Shown here: positions 8,639 through 17,309 of the stretch, piece after piece
Numbering within the stretch: the first letter of the stretch is position 1
How the letters are laid out: each line of letters starts with the position of its first letter
Assembly: GCA_029065825.1 (NCBI GenBank)
Contig: JAIEHQ010000066.1
Location: forward strand, 1-41,424
Length of the DNA stretch: 41,424 nucleotides
Direction: 5' to 3'
Origin: Alistipes sp.
GTDB taxonomy: Bacteria > Bacteroidota > Bacteroidia > Bacteroidales > Rikenellaceae
Notes under the pieces: generated by a model
Databases searched by the model: none
What the model was told of the DNA's origin: nothing
What the model saw: only the letters and a program-made list of their open reading frames with translations
Position numbers and translations under genes: made by a program

Positions 8639-9195
8639 GCGAGCTTCTGCTCGTAGATCTTCTTGAACTGCTCGTACTCGAAGTCGGAGTTCAGCTGCTC
8701 GTCGCGCTTCATCCGGTCGAGCACGCGGTTCTTCAGCTCCTCCTTGTTCACCTCCATGCAAACGAAATGGCGGTAATCGCCGTTCTGTTCGCGGAAAAGT
8801 TTCTCGTCGGCAAGGGTCGCGCCGGTCAGCGTCTGCTTCACGATCGAATAGGTCAGCTCCGTCATGCGCTCCTCGTAGCTGCGCTGCTCTTCGCTGGGCA
8901 ACTGACGCGACTTGGCATAGTTCTCCGTAACGCTCGAAAGATCGGTCTGCACGGCAGCCGCGATCTCCTGACGGGCATTCTGCATGGCGATCTTCTTGGC
9001 CATAGCCATCTCGGGACTCACGCCGCTCTGCACGGCACGATAAAATTCCGCGTCGGTGCGGTGCTGGGGTCCGCTCAGGGGCAAGGCGACCTCCACCATA
9101 TCGGATTTCAGCACGCGCGCCGCTTTTTTCGAGGAGGAGCAGGCCCCCAGAAGCAGCAGAGCCAATGACCCTGCGATCAGCATCGTTTTTCTCAT
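8620..9195 (-). CDS. Lipoprotein, LPP20-like
   Basis: Signal peptide with lipobox LLGA-C; FYRAVQSGVSPEMAMAKKIAMQNARQEIAAAVQT resembles LPP20 core; helical C-terminus. Confidence 0.7.
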   Translation of the reverse strand: MRKTMLIAGSLALLLLGACSSSKKAARVLKSDMVEVALPLSGPQHRTDAEFYRAVQSGVSPEMAMAKKIAMQNARQEIAAAVQTDLSSVTENYAKSRQLPSEEQRSYEERMTELTYSIVKQTLTGATLADEKLFREQNGDYRHFVCMEVNKEELKNRVLDRMKRDEQLNSDFEYEQFKKIYEQKLADYSAE

Positions 9196-9209
9196 AGCAT
9201 TTCCATTAT

Positions 9210-10502
9210 TTAATGTTCGACAATAAGTTCACAGGGCAAATCGAACCACACGTCCCGCGTCTCACGCGAACCGGCGGCACGCACCCGCAGCCATCCCGAA
9301 CCCAAGAGGCCGCGACGGCCCCCGATCTCGGGAGCGGCCGTCTCGAAGCACAGCATGTGCTCGCCGCACCCCTCGAAAACGGCCAGAGGCTCTTCGGACT
9401 CCGCACGCAGCGCATGCGCCGCTTCGGACAGACGCACCTCGGCATGCAGCACCTCGAAACGGGTGTCGGTCTTCGCACGCAGCGGCACGCAGACCCGCCA
9501 CAAGGGGCATCCCGAAGCGTCGCAGCCGATCCGCTCGACCCCGACCGTACCGTATGGCCGCACGGCGACCTTCCCCTCGTCGGGATCGAACGCGAAGAGG
9601 TGGCGCAGGCGGCGGCCGCCGAAGGTATAGACCGCCTCGACGGTGTTCTCCTCGCCCGCGATGCCCGCCTCGTCATAAAGCAGCACATAGCCGTCGTCCC
9701 CGTTCCGCATCACGCGCAGAGCGGTCGCGTAGTCGCTCCGCAGCCGGGGCGCCCGATCGGTCGTGACGCGCCGGCCGTGCAGCGTGAAGTGGTAGTAGCA
9801 GGCTCCCAGCCGGGCGCTGTCGCAGATCAGGGCGACCTCGCCGCATGCCTGGCGGCAGCGCTGTCGCAGGTTCTCGGCCTGGCTTCGGCGGTCCGAGTCG
9901 AAGAAATAGCCGATCAGCGGATCGAGTGCCGTGGCGGCCTGTTCGAGCCAGCTCAGCTCCGTGAAGCGGCCGAACTCCTCCTCGATCTCCTTCAGGCGGG
10001 CATAACGGGCCGCATCGAGGCTGCGGAAGGCTTCTATCGCCTCCGCACGCTCCAGCGCGGAGAAAGGATACCGCACATGGCAGATATAGTAATAGCTCTT
10101 TTTCCCCCGCACGAAGCGGCGCTCCCAATACACGTCCGAGGCCCGCGAAAGCGAGATGCCGCACAGATAGGGGATTGCGGCCCCCTGCGTAGCGACATCC
10201 GAAGCGTAGTGCGAGAGCAGCGAAACCACCCCGTCGCAGGCGCTCTGCTCCTGACGGAAACGCTCCTCGGAGGTAATGTTGGCCGCGATGGTCGTGACGA
10301 TATGCTGGCGGATATCCTCCAGACACCGGCGCTGCGCATCGCCCAGTTCCGGAGCCGTCGCCACGACCGAAAAGCAGTCGGAAGACGATTTTCCCAGCCA
10401 TTCGGGCACTTTCCGGGCGCTGCGCTCCACGACCTTCTCCTTCTGTGCCATGCACGGGAGGAGCGAGGCAAGCAGCAGCAGCGACAAAACGAACCGTTTC
10501 AT
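9210..10502 (-). CDS. Secreted hypothetical protein with LPP20-like N-terminal domain
   Basis: ATG 10502, signal peptide MKRFVLSLLLLASLLPCMA-Q; KVPEWL...AQRRCLEDIRQHIVTTI; helical middle, beta-rich C-terminus. Confidence 0.65.
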   Translation of the reverse strand: MKRFVLSLLLLASLLPCMAQKEKVVERSARKVPEWLGKSSSDCFSVVATAPELGDAQRRCLEDIRQHIVTTIAANITSEERFRQEQSACDGVVSLLSHYASDVATQGAAIPYLCGISLSRASDVYWERRFVRGKKSYYYICHVRYPFSALERAEAIEAFRSLDAARYARLKEIEEEFGRFTELSWLEQAATALDPLIGYFFDSDRRSQAENLRQRCRQACGEVALICDSARLGACYYHFTLHGRRVTTDRAPRLRSDYATALRVMRNGDDGYVLLYDEAGIAGEENTVEAVYTFGGRRLRHLFAFDPDEGKVAVRPYGTVGVERIGCDASGCPLWRVCVPLRAKTDTRFEVLHAEVRLSEAAHALRAESEEPLAVFEGCGEHMLCFETAAPEIGGRRGLLGSGWLRVRAAGSRETRDVWFDLPCELIVEH

Positions 10503-10514
10503 AGGCACTCCGCT

Positions 10515-10868
10515 TTACTCACGTTCGCGTTTGCCGGACGACACGGCCGCATAGAGGGCCGCAGCCCAGCCCACGACCGCCACTCCGTCGAACAGCACGA
10601 CCGCCGCCTGTCCCGCCGCAAAGCAGGCGAAGCAGACGTTCGCCGCGAAGGTCACGACCAGCAGCACGGCCGAGACCGTGCGGAAAAGCATCGTGCGGTG
10701 CGGACCCGCCGCGATGCGTACCGCGACCAGCGAAACCAGCATCCAGGTCGCCATGACGGCGGCGACGACCGAAATCCACGTCGCAGCGCCGAAAGCGAGG
10801 AATCCGTAGAGCATCAGCCCTCCGAGGGCCAGCGCCAGCAGCGCGGGGACAACATTGATCTTCATCAT
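10515..10868 (-). CDS. Small four-TM membrane protein
   Basis: 117 aa, four hydrophobic segments, fills the gap between neighbours with 6- and 12-nt spacers. Confidence 0.75.
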   Translation of the reverse strand: MMKINVVPALLALALGGLMLYGFLAFGAATWISVVAAVMATWMLVSLVAVRIAAGPHRTMLFRTVSAVLLVVTFAANVCFACFAAGQAAVVLFDGVAVVGWAAALYAAVSSGKRERE

Positions 10869-10874
10869 ATCGCG

Positions 10875-12176
10875 TTACAATTGAGGTGGTACATCCGAGA
10901 ACATTCCGGCCAGCTCCGAAACGCCGGCCGCCCGCTCCCAGGCGGCCATGCCCTGCTTCCAGACGAGCGTGTCGCGCGCGATGCGCCCTTCGGCGACCAT
11001 CCGGGCGATCGTCTCCTGCGGAAAAGGCCCCGTCTGCTGCCCGTTTACGGCCACATAGAACATCGCGCCGGGCAGCGGCGGCGGAGTCTGCCCCACCGGC
11101 GGAGGCACGGCCGCCCCCTGCTGCTGCAGGCCGCCCATCATGCCGTTCATCATCTGCGCCATGTTGCCGCCGACGGCTCCGCCCAGCATCATGCCCGCCA
11201 TCATGCCGGCAGGATTGATCCCGTCGCCGCCGCCCAGTCCGGCACCGCCCAGCTCGCCGAGGCTCTCGGCAGCCGTCCGGGCCACTTCGGTCTGCTGGTT
11301 GAGCCGGTGCGCGGCGAAATATTCGCTCTCGGCACCCAGGCTCTGACGCTTGAAGTCGATATCGCGCCCCATCTGCAGCCGCTCGACGGTATCCTTCGTG
11401 CGGGCCCGGGTCAGCTCGGAGGCCTGCTGCGTGGTGATCTCGTACAGATCGGCATAGCCCGCAGACTCCTTGTCGAGCGAAATGTCGGAAAGATCCAGAC
11501 GCTTGAGATTGACCCCGAAGTCGTCGCCCAGCACCGGACGCAGCTTTCCCTCGACCAGCTCCGTGATCTCGTCGATGCGGCGCTCGATCTGCAGCACGGG
11601 AATCTGCCCCTGAATCGGGGCGTTGGTAATGACCGACTTGGCATAGCGAACGACGGAGGCGCGCACCTCGGCCGCGAAATCGTCCAGATCGAACTGCACC
11701 ATGCGGTGCAGGCGAATAAAGGCCTTGTAATCGGTAATGTTGAGCAGCAGCTGCCCCTTGACCGTCACCGGCACCGCGTAGTCCAGGTAGCGGGGGTCCG
11801 ACACGTCGAACGACGGAATGAAGAAGGGCAGCCGGATATTGCCCGCCAGATTGACGAAATAGACCTCCGCCTGAAAGGGCGAGCCGCCGCCGAAAGCCTT
11901 TCCGAGCAGTCCCGACAGAATCGGGAAGTTGGCCGTGCGCAGCGACACGTCGAGCGGCCCCTCGAAATAGTCCATCTCGCGTCCGTCGTTCTGGCGATAG
12001 ACGAACACGGCCACCTCGCCCTCCTTGACGCGCAGGGCGCTGCCCCAGCGGATCTCGTTCTCGCGCCGGCTCGGCACCCCGCCCGGCGACCATTTCCAGA
12101 CCAGATAGTCGCTCTGGTCGCAGCGGATCACATCGGCCAATCCGCCCTCGTTTCTGTTTTTCGCGAACAATCCCAT
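10875..12176 (-). CDS. SPFH/Band-7 (YdjI-like) protein with C-terminal GYF_2 (DUF4339) domain
   Basis: DVIRCD..LVWKW...GSALRVKEGEVAVF...TANFPIL...SPFQAEVYFVN typical of this SPFH subfamily; Gly/Met-rich linker; FYVAVNGQQTGPF...GRIARDTLVWKQGMAAW is GYF_2-like. Confidence 0.88.
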   Translation of the reverse strand: MGLFAKNRNEGGLADVIRCDQSDYLVWKWSPGGVPSRRENEIRWGSALRVKEGEVAVFVYRQNDGREMDYFEGPLDVSLRTANFPILSGLLGKAFGGGSPFQAEVYFVNLAGNIRLPFFIPSFDVSDPRYLDYAVPVTVKGQLLLNITDYKAFIRLHRMVQFDLDDFAAEVRASVVRYAKSVITNAPIQGQIPVLQIERRIDEITELVEGKLRPVLGDDFGVNLKRLDLSDISLDKESAGYADLYEITTQQASELTRARTKDTVERLQMGRDIDFKRQSLGAESEYFAAHRLNQQTEVARTAAESLGELGGAGLGGGDGINPAGMMAGMMLGGAVGGNMAQMMNGMMGGLQQQGAAVPPPVGQTPPPLPGAMFYVAVNGQQTGPFPQETIARMVAEGRIARDTLVWKQGMAAWERAAGVSELAGMFSDVPPQL

Positions 12177-12178
12177 AA

Positions 12179-13105
12179 TCACTGCACCATTTTTTTCAGT
12201 TTGACCTTATCCGAAGCGTAACGCGGGGCGACCCGATCGACGAACCGCGCGGCCTCGTCGCGACGAGCGGCCGCAAGATAGGCGCGCACGATCCGTGCGG
12301 CGCACTCCGCGTCGCCCATCCGCCCCTGCGCATAATCGAAGAAGAACTCCTCGGCCGCCTCATACTCTCCGCATCCGAGCACCTCGTCCAACACGGCGAG
12401 GCGGGCGGCATTGTCGCCGTAATCGCTGTTGTCGGCCGACGCGGCGAAGGCCTCGATCCGCTGCCGCCAGGGAGCGACAGACTCCGGCCGCTCCTCGCCG
12501 GGGAGGTTCTCCTTGCCGGAGTCCCCGCCGCCGGAGGCCTTCATACCCCTGACGACCGCACCTCCGGCAAGGAACAGCACCAGGGCACCGCATGCCGCGA
12601 GCCACAGGACGACCGTTCGCCGCAGCGCGGCGCGCCACTCCGCCTCGGCCGCCTCGATCTCGCTCCGGATCTCGGCCAGCAGACGCGCGACCTCGGGATT
12701 CTTCCCGAAATTGCGGCGCGCGATCCGTTCGTTGTAGTCGTAGCGATTCTTCAGTTCGCGCACCGTCTGCGACGATGCCCGGCTGCGGCCAAAACGACGG
12801 ACCAGCGCCACGACGGTCAGCAGCCAGAACAGCCCGGCCAGAATCCAGAACAGCCCCGCTCCGCTCAGGAGCGCCACGACGGAGCAGGCGAGCGCCACCA
12901 CCGGCGCGAGCACGCACCCGAGCGCACGCAGCCCCGAGGCGAACGAGGGTGCCGGCAGGCTCTTGACCGCGAACAGTATCTGCTCCAGCGTATCGACGAG
13001 CTGTTCGACGCGCGGTGCATCGCCCTCCCCGTCGAGCACGTACTGGCAGCAGGGGCAAACTTTCGAAAGCAGAGGCATCTCCTCCTTGCATTGCGGACAT
13101 TTCAT
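12179..13105 (-). CDS. Zinc-ribbon membrane protein
   Basis: MKCPQCKEEMPLLSKVCPCC (CxxC-x10-CxxC), two TMs, coiled coil, a third TM and a helical C-terminal domain. Alternative start at 13126. Confidence 0.75.
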   Translation of the reverse strand: MKCPQCKEEMPLLSKVCPCCQYVLDGEGDAPRVEQLVDTLEQILFAVKSLPAPSFASGLRALGCVLAPVVALACSVVALLSGAGLFWILAGLFWLLTVVALVRRFGRSRASSQTVRELKNRYDYNERIARRNFGKNPEVARLLAEIRSEIEAAEAEWRAALRRTVVLWLAACGALVLFLAGGAVVRGMKASGGGDSGKENLPGEERPESVAPWRQRIEAFAASADNSDYGDNAARLAVLDEVLGCGEYEAAEEFFFDYAQGRMGDAECAARIVRAYLAAARRDEAARFVDRVAPRYASDKVKLKKMVQ

Positions 13106-13178
13106 AAGCGATCGTATTTTTATCATTCGTTACTTGAGGCGGTCCGGTCGTCCGGCCCACCCCTCCGGCACGGCCGCC

Positions 13179-14153
13179 CTACCGAAGCAGCTTGCCGAAA
13201 AGCCACGACGACGCTTCGCCGACACTCTTTTCGGCGGCGACCTGCGCCTGCGCCGCAGCCTGCTTCGACGCAGCCTCCAGACGCATCTTTTCGAGCATCA
13301 TGTTGTTGTCGAAGGCACGCTGCGCATCCTCCCGCTCGCGCTCCAGACGCGCCAGCTCCGCCTCGCGGGCGGCACGCTCGGCTTCGCTCATCCTGCGGAC
13401 GATCGTGTCGATCATCCCGTAAGCCTCGCCGGCCAGGTTGCTGGCGGGATTGACGGCCAGCAACGCATCCATCGCTTCGGCATGGTTGCCTTTGGCCATC
13501 TCGACCCGCGCCCGCTGAATCGCCGTCTGCGCCACGCGGTCGAGCAGCTGCGTGGCCACATCGACCTTCAACCGGGCGACGGAGGCATACTCCGGCACGC
13601 ACTCGGGAATGGCATCGAGCACGGCGATCGCCTCCTCGTAGCATTCGCGGTCGGCCAGCGACTGCGCCTTGGCGATCAGCACGGGGGTCCGCTGCGCATA
13701 GTAATCGACGATCCTCCCGCGCGTCCGCTCCATGAAGTTCCGGAGCGCCGGCGTGCGGGGTTTGAGCTGGTTGATCGCCGCAATCCAGGCCTTAGCCTCC
13801 GTGCGGCCGATTCCCCGGAGCGAAACCGAAGTCTCGTCGATCACGATCTGCTCCTGCAGGGCGATCACGAAGAGCGAAAGCTCCAGATCGACGATGAACT
13901 GCGCAGGAGCGGTCGCCGTCGCCTGCTTGTCGATGACCAGCACGTTGGGCGTGAGCACGAACTCGCCTGAAAGCGAACCGAACCCGTTCTGGGTCACGAG
14001 CTGCACCAGACGCTGGCGGAGCGTGTTGCCGGCATCGGCCGGAAGCGCCAGCTCCTCGCAGAGATAGGGGGTCAGTGCGACCAGATCCGTCTGGGCGAAC
14101 GCCGCAGCGGGGAGAAAAAGAGCTGCGAAAGCTCCGATCAGTTTCCTCAACAT
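13179..14153 (-). CDS. Secreted hypothetical protein (alpha/beta domain, TPR-like helices, coiled coil)
   Basis: Signal peptide ending AAAFA-Q; YEEAIAVLDAIP and HAEAMDALLAV TPR-like helices; charged coiled-coil C-terminus. Confidence 0.75.
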   Translation of the reverse strand: MLRKLIGAFAALFLPAAAFAQTDLVALTPYLCEELALPADAGNTLRQRLVQLVTQNGFGSLSGEFVLTPNVLVIDKQATATAPAQFIVDLELSLFVIALQEQIVIDETSVSLRGIGRTEAKAWIAAINQLKPRTPALRNFMERTRGRIVDYYAQRTPVLIAKAQSLADRECYEEAIAVLDAIPECVPEYASVARLKVDVATQLLDRVAQTAIQRARVEMAKGNHAEAMDALLAVNPASNLAGEAYGMIDTIVRRMSEAERAAREAELARLEREREDAQRAFDNNMMLEKMRLEAASKQAAAQAQVAAEKSVGEASSWLFGKLLR

Positions 14154-14172
14154 GACTTTTCCGTATTCGTTA

Positions 14173-15123
14173 CTATTTTCCGCCCAGGGTCAGCATCGCC
14201 TGTCCCAGGCCGCGCATCGAGAGTTTCGACTCGATGCCGTAGCGCTCGCGCAGCTCGCGGCGCAGCCCGTTGGCCCATCCCCGGGCATCGATCGCCCGCC
14301 CCGAAGCATTGTAGAGCGGGATGCGCACCTGCTCGAAATAGAGTCTGCTCTCGCTGGCATCGGCCGTCGAAAAGCGTCCCTCGACCGTGTTTTCCGCCAG
14401 CCACTCCTCGATCAGGATGCCCAGCTCCTCGCCGTCGAACTCGCTCTCGAAATCGTAGTCGCAGTCGCTCCAGAGACGGCACGAGAAGGAGATCTCGCGG
14501 CCGTTGCGCTCCATGTCGTCAAAATGCCGCAGCAGCTGGTCGTTGAAATCGCGTATGTTCTCGATCACGCTCTCGACCAGCGTAACGGGCACCTCCATGA
14601 AAACCGCCGGTTCGGGAGCGCTCGTACCCGAGGCGGCAGCGATCTGCTTGTCGGTGTAGGAATCCTTTCCCTGCAGGTTGAACGTAATCGAGGCATCGCG
14701 GCCGATGCGGTTGGTCGTCCACGTCACCTGCATCAGGATGTCGGCCCGGGCCGTCCGCTTGAGCCTGTCGAGCGGCGACTCGGCCAGTTCGGCCCCCGTC
14801 TCCTTCGAGACGGTCAGCGACTCCTCGGCCTCCTCGGTGCGGATGCGCTTGAGCGTCGCCTCAAGATCGCGCAGCGGGAACCCCTCCGAGGCCATGTATT
14901 CGCCCAGCTTGCTCACCACCGTCAGCAGGTCGGCATTCTCCTGCAGGGCACGGGTATAGTCCGGGATCCGCTCCTCGGTCCCCTGGTTGTCGAAAACGGT
15001 GTAATAACCGTTCTGGATGCACCACAGATCACTGGGCACGACCATGATCACCGGCTTCTTCGCCTGGGCGAAAGCGCCGGCGGCCAACAGCGAAAGAATC
15101 GCCGATACCAACCACCTTTTCAT
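14173..15123 (-). CDS. DUF6175-like secreted protein
   Basis: Signal peptide AFA-QAKKPVIMVVPSDLWCIQNGY, ARADILMQVTW, DSYTDKQIAAASG; family recognised from memory. Confidence 0.7.
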   Translation of the reverse strand: MKRWLVSAILSLLAAGAFAQAKKPVIMVVPSDLWCIQNGYYTVFDNQGTEERIPDYTRALQENADLLTVVSKLGEYMASEGFPLRDLEATLKRIRTEEAEESLTVSKETGAELAESPLDRLKRTARADILMQVTWTTNRIGRDASITFNLQGKDSYTDKQIAAASGTSAPEPAVFMEVPVTLVESVIENIRDFNDQLLRHFDDMERNGREISFSCRLWSDCDYDFESEFDGEELGILIEEWLAENTVEGRFSTADASESRLYFEQVRIPLYNASGRAIDARGWANGLRRELRERYGIESKLSMRGLGQAMLTLGGK

Positions 15124-15145
15124 AGTTCGATTCTATTTGAAAATA

Positions 15146-15667
15146 CTAAAACACGGAACCCAGGCCCCCTACGATCCCTTCCGACTGGAGCCGGCGGCGC
15201 AGTTCGTCGTACTGTACCGATACGAAGACGGCCACCTTGTACTCCTTGCCCATCTTGACCACGTTGCCCGCACCGGAGCTGCTGGCCACCGAGACATAGC
15301 GGGCATAGTCGCCCCCATCGGCGAAGAAGGCATCGAAAAAGTCGGCGCGCTGCTGCTCCACCGCCGGATCGCTGACGAGCGGACGCAGCGCCCGCGCCCG
15401 CTTGGTGCGGTCGTTATTGGCCGCCGCTCCCTTGAAAACCAGGCCGTGCACGGCATTCTTGAGCGCCTGCCTGCGGGCCACGTTCACATCCTTGGAATAG
15501 CTCCAGACGCAGACCAGCACCGTCTTGTCGGCACCGACGGCCTCGTTCTGGATCTCATAACGCCACTGGACGGTCTCCCGGTTGGCCTTCTTCGTCTTGC
15601 TCTTCTGCCCCGCGCAGACGAGCGCGGGCAGAAGCAGCAAAACGGACATGAGGAACAATCTTCTCAT
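15146..15667 (-). CDS. Secreted hypothetical protein, possible LPP20/FlgT-N-like fold
   Basis: Start moved to ATG 15667 (MRRLFLMSVLLLLPALVCA); VWSYSKDVNVARRQALKNAVHGLVFKG; C-terminal VSVQYDELRRRLQSEGI. Confidence 0.72.
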   Translation of the reverse strand: MRRLFLMSVLLLLPALVCAGQKSKTKKANRETVQWRYEIQNEAVGADKTVLVCVWSYSKDVNVARRQALKNAVHGLVFKGAAANNDRTKRARALRPLVSDPAVEQQRADFFDAFFADGGDYARYVSVASSSGAGNVVKMGKEYKVAVFVSVQYDELRRRLQSEGIVGGLGSVF

Positions 15668-15687
15668 CGGACGATCGTTTTTTTCGG

Positions 15688-17145
15688 TTATTTCTTCTTG
15701 GACGACTTCATGCGCAGCAGCATGCCCTCGTAGTAGGCCTGCTTGTCCTTGCCTTCGAGCAGCGTCTCCGTCGGGGCCTCGCCCTTCTTCTTGTCGTTCA
15801 GGCCGGCGGCCTCCTCCTGCCCGGCGCTGTAGGTGTTGTCCCACACCTGCTTCTTGCTGACGGTCAGCTCGCCCTTCTTGTTGTAGCGCACGCGCTCGGC
15901 GCCGTCCTTCTCATAGACCTCCTTTTCGAGCACCTCGAACACCTCGCCGCCCTTCAGGCCGTCGCGCGTGCCGATGCGTGCCGCGTAGGTGCGCACCGCA
16001 TTGCCCTTTTTGTCGGTCGTCTCGTGGACGATCAGCGGGGTCTTGGTCTTGAATTCGTCGTATTTCTTCTCGAACTTGGCCAGCACGTCATCGACGGCAT
16101 CCACCGCAGCCATGCGGATCAGCTCGCTCTCGTCCTTGTCGGAGAAGATGCCCGCCTTGGTCTTGGCCCAGGCGCGCTCGTTGCCGATGAACTGAAGCGC
16201 GAACAGATCGCTCGCATCGTACTTGCTCAGGTCGATGTTGCCCGACTCGTCCCACAACCCGTAGAACGACTCCAGCAGGTCATCGTTCCAGCGCAGGCGG
16301 AAGAGATAGGAATCGACCGTCACGTAGTAACCCTTACCCATCGACATTTTGGTGGTCATCTCGGCAGCCTTCAGACCCGCAGCGGCATAACCCGAGGGAT
16401 CGAACTGCGCAGCGGCGTACATGGGCAGCATGATGTCGGCCACCAGATCGTCCTTGAGCTTGTAGCCGAAGCGGGTCACGACTACGAACGTGTTGCCGAA
16501 CAGCTCCTCCAGGTCGATCTGACGCAGCAAGTAGTGCGCCCCCACCTCCGTGGCGGCGGCGATGTCCTTGTCGTCCTCCGAGGCGTTGAGCATGCCGCGC
16601 TCGCGGAGCAGCGCCTCCGTGTAGTTGCCCTCGGCATCGAGCAGCCACTTGTCGGCCAGCTGCTTGGCCACGCCATGCTCGACGAGGTACTTGTTGGCCG
16701 TGCGCGCCACGTTGAGCCGGATCACGGTATCGACCGTCTTGGTCTGCGTGGCCATCAGCTCGCGCAGGATCTGGTTCATCGTCTCGTTATAATACGACTG
16801 CTTGGGAGCCTCGGCACCCGTCTGCCGGAGTTCGAGGTACTGGTCCGTCGGCACGCAGGCCATGTTGAAGGAGGCGTAATCCCCCTCGCCCAGCGTATAG
16901 AGCGCAGGGTCGATGATGCGCTCGCCGATGTTGTGGTCGTTGTACTTGGCCGACCACTCGGCATTGAGGAACGCCTCGCGGAGCACCTCTTTCTGGGGCA
17001 CGGAAGCGTCCTCCATCATCATCAGGCAGACGGAGTTGCGCATGTATTTGTCGGAGGACACCTTCTTGTTGAGCTCCTGTGCCGAAACACTGCCGCCCAA
17101 CAGATTCGCAGCGGCCAGGGCCGCGATCAAATAACTTTTTTTCAT
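15688..17145 (-). CDS. Secreted hypothetical protein with possible FlgT C-terminal-like beta domain
   Basis: ATG 17145, signal peptide ending SVSA-Q; strong codon bias; C-terminal ARIGTRDGLKGGEVFEVLE...KGELTV...GMLLR. Confidence 0.75.
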   Translation of the reverse strand: MKKSYLIAALAAANLLGGSVSAQELNKKVSSDKYMRNSVCLMMMEDASVPQKEVLREAFLNAEWSAKYNDHNIGERIIDPALYTLGEGDYASFNMACVPTDQYLELRQTGAEAPKQSYYNETMNQILRELMATQTKTVDTVIRLNVARTANKYLVEHGVAKQLADKWLLDAEGNYTEALLRERGMLNASEDDKDIAAATEVGAHYLLRQIDLEELFGNTFVVVTRFGYKLKDDLVADIMLPMYAAAQFDPSGYAAAGLKAAEMTTKMSMGKGYYVTVDSYLFRLRWNDDLLESFYGLWDESGNIDLSKYDASDLFALQFIGNERAWAKTKAGIFSDKDESELIRMAAVDAVDDVLAKFEKKYDEFKTKTPLIVHETTDKKGNAVRTYAARIGTRDGLKGGEVFEVLEKEVYEKDGAERVRYNKKGELTVSKKQVWDNTYSAGQEEAAGLNDKKKGEAPTETLLEGKDKQAYYEGMLLRMKSSKKK

Positions 17146-17309
17146 AAGAAACAATTTTTGATGGTTCGATCAATCCTTACAGTTATTCGAAAAACCGATT
17201 TTCCGAACAGCTCCTCCTTGTCGTTTCCGCAACCGAAATTCGTCCGAAACACTCCGCACGATCACGGGGCGAATGCCAGAATCAGGGCAACACGAGATCC
17301 TGAAACGGA

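Noticed and set aside
8620-17145. Flagellar, curli, T6SS, T9SS or prophage cluster
   Set aside because: No recognisable core components (ATPase, Hcp/VgrG, GldK-N, capsid/terminase, curlin repeats); the resemblance is limited to fold-level motifs.
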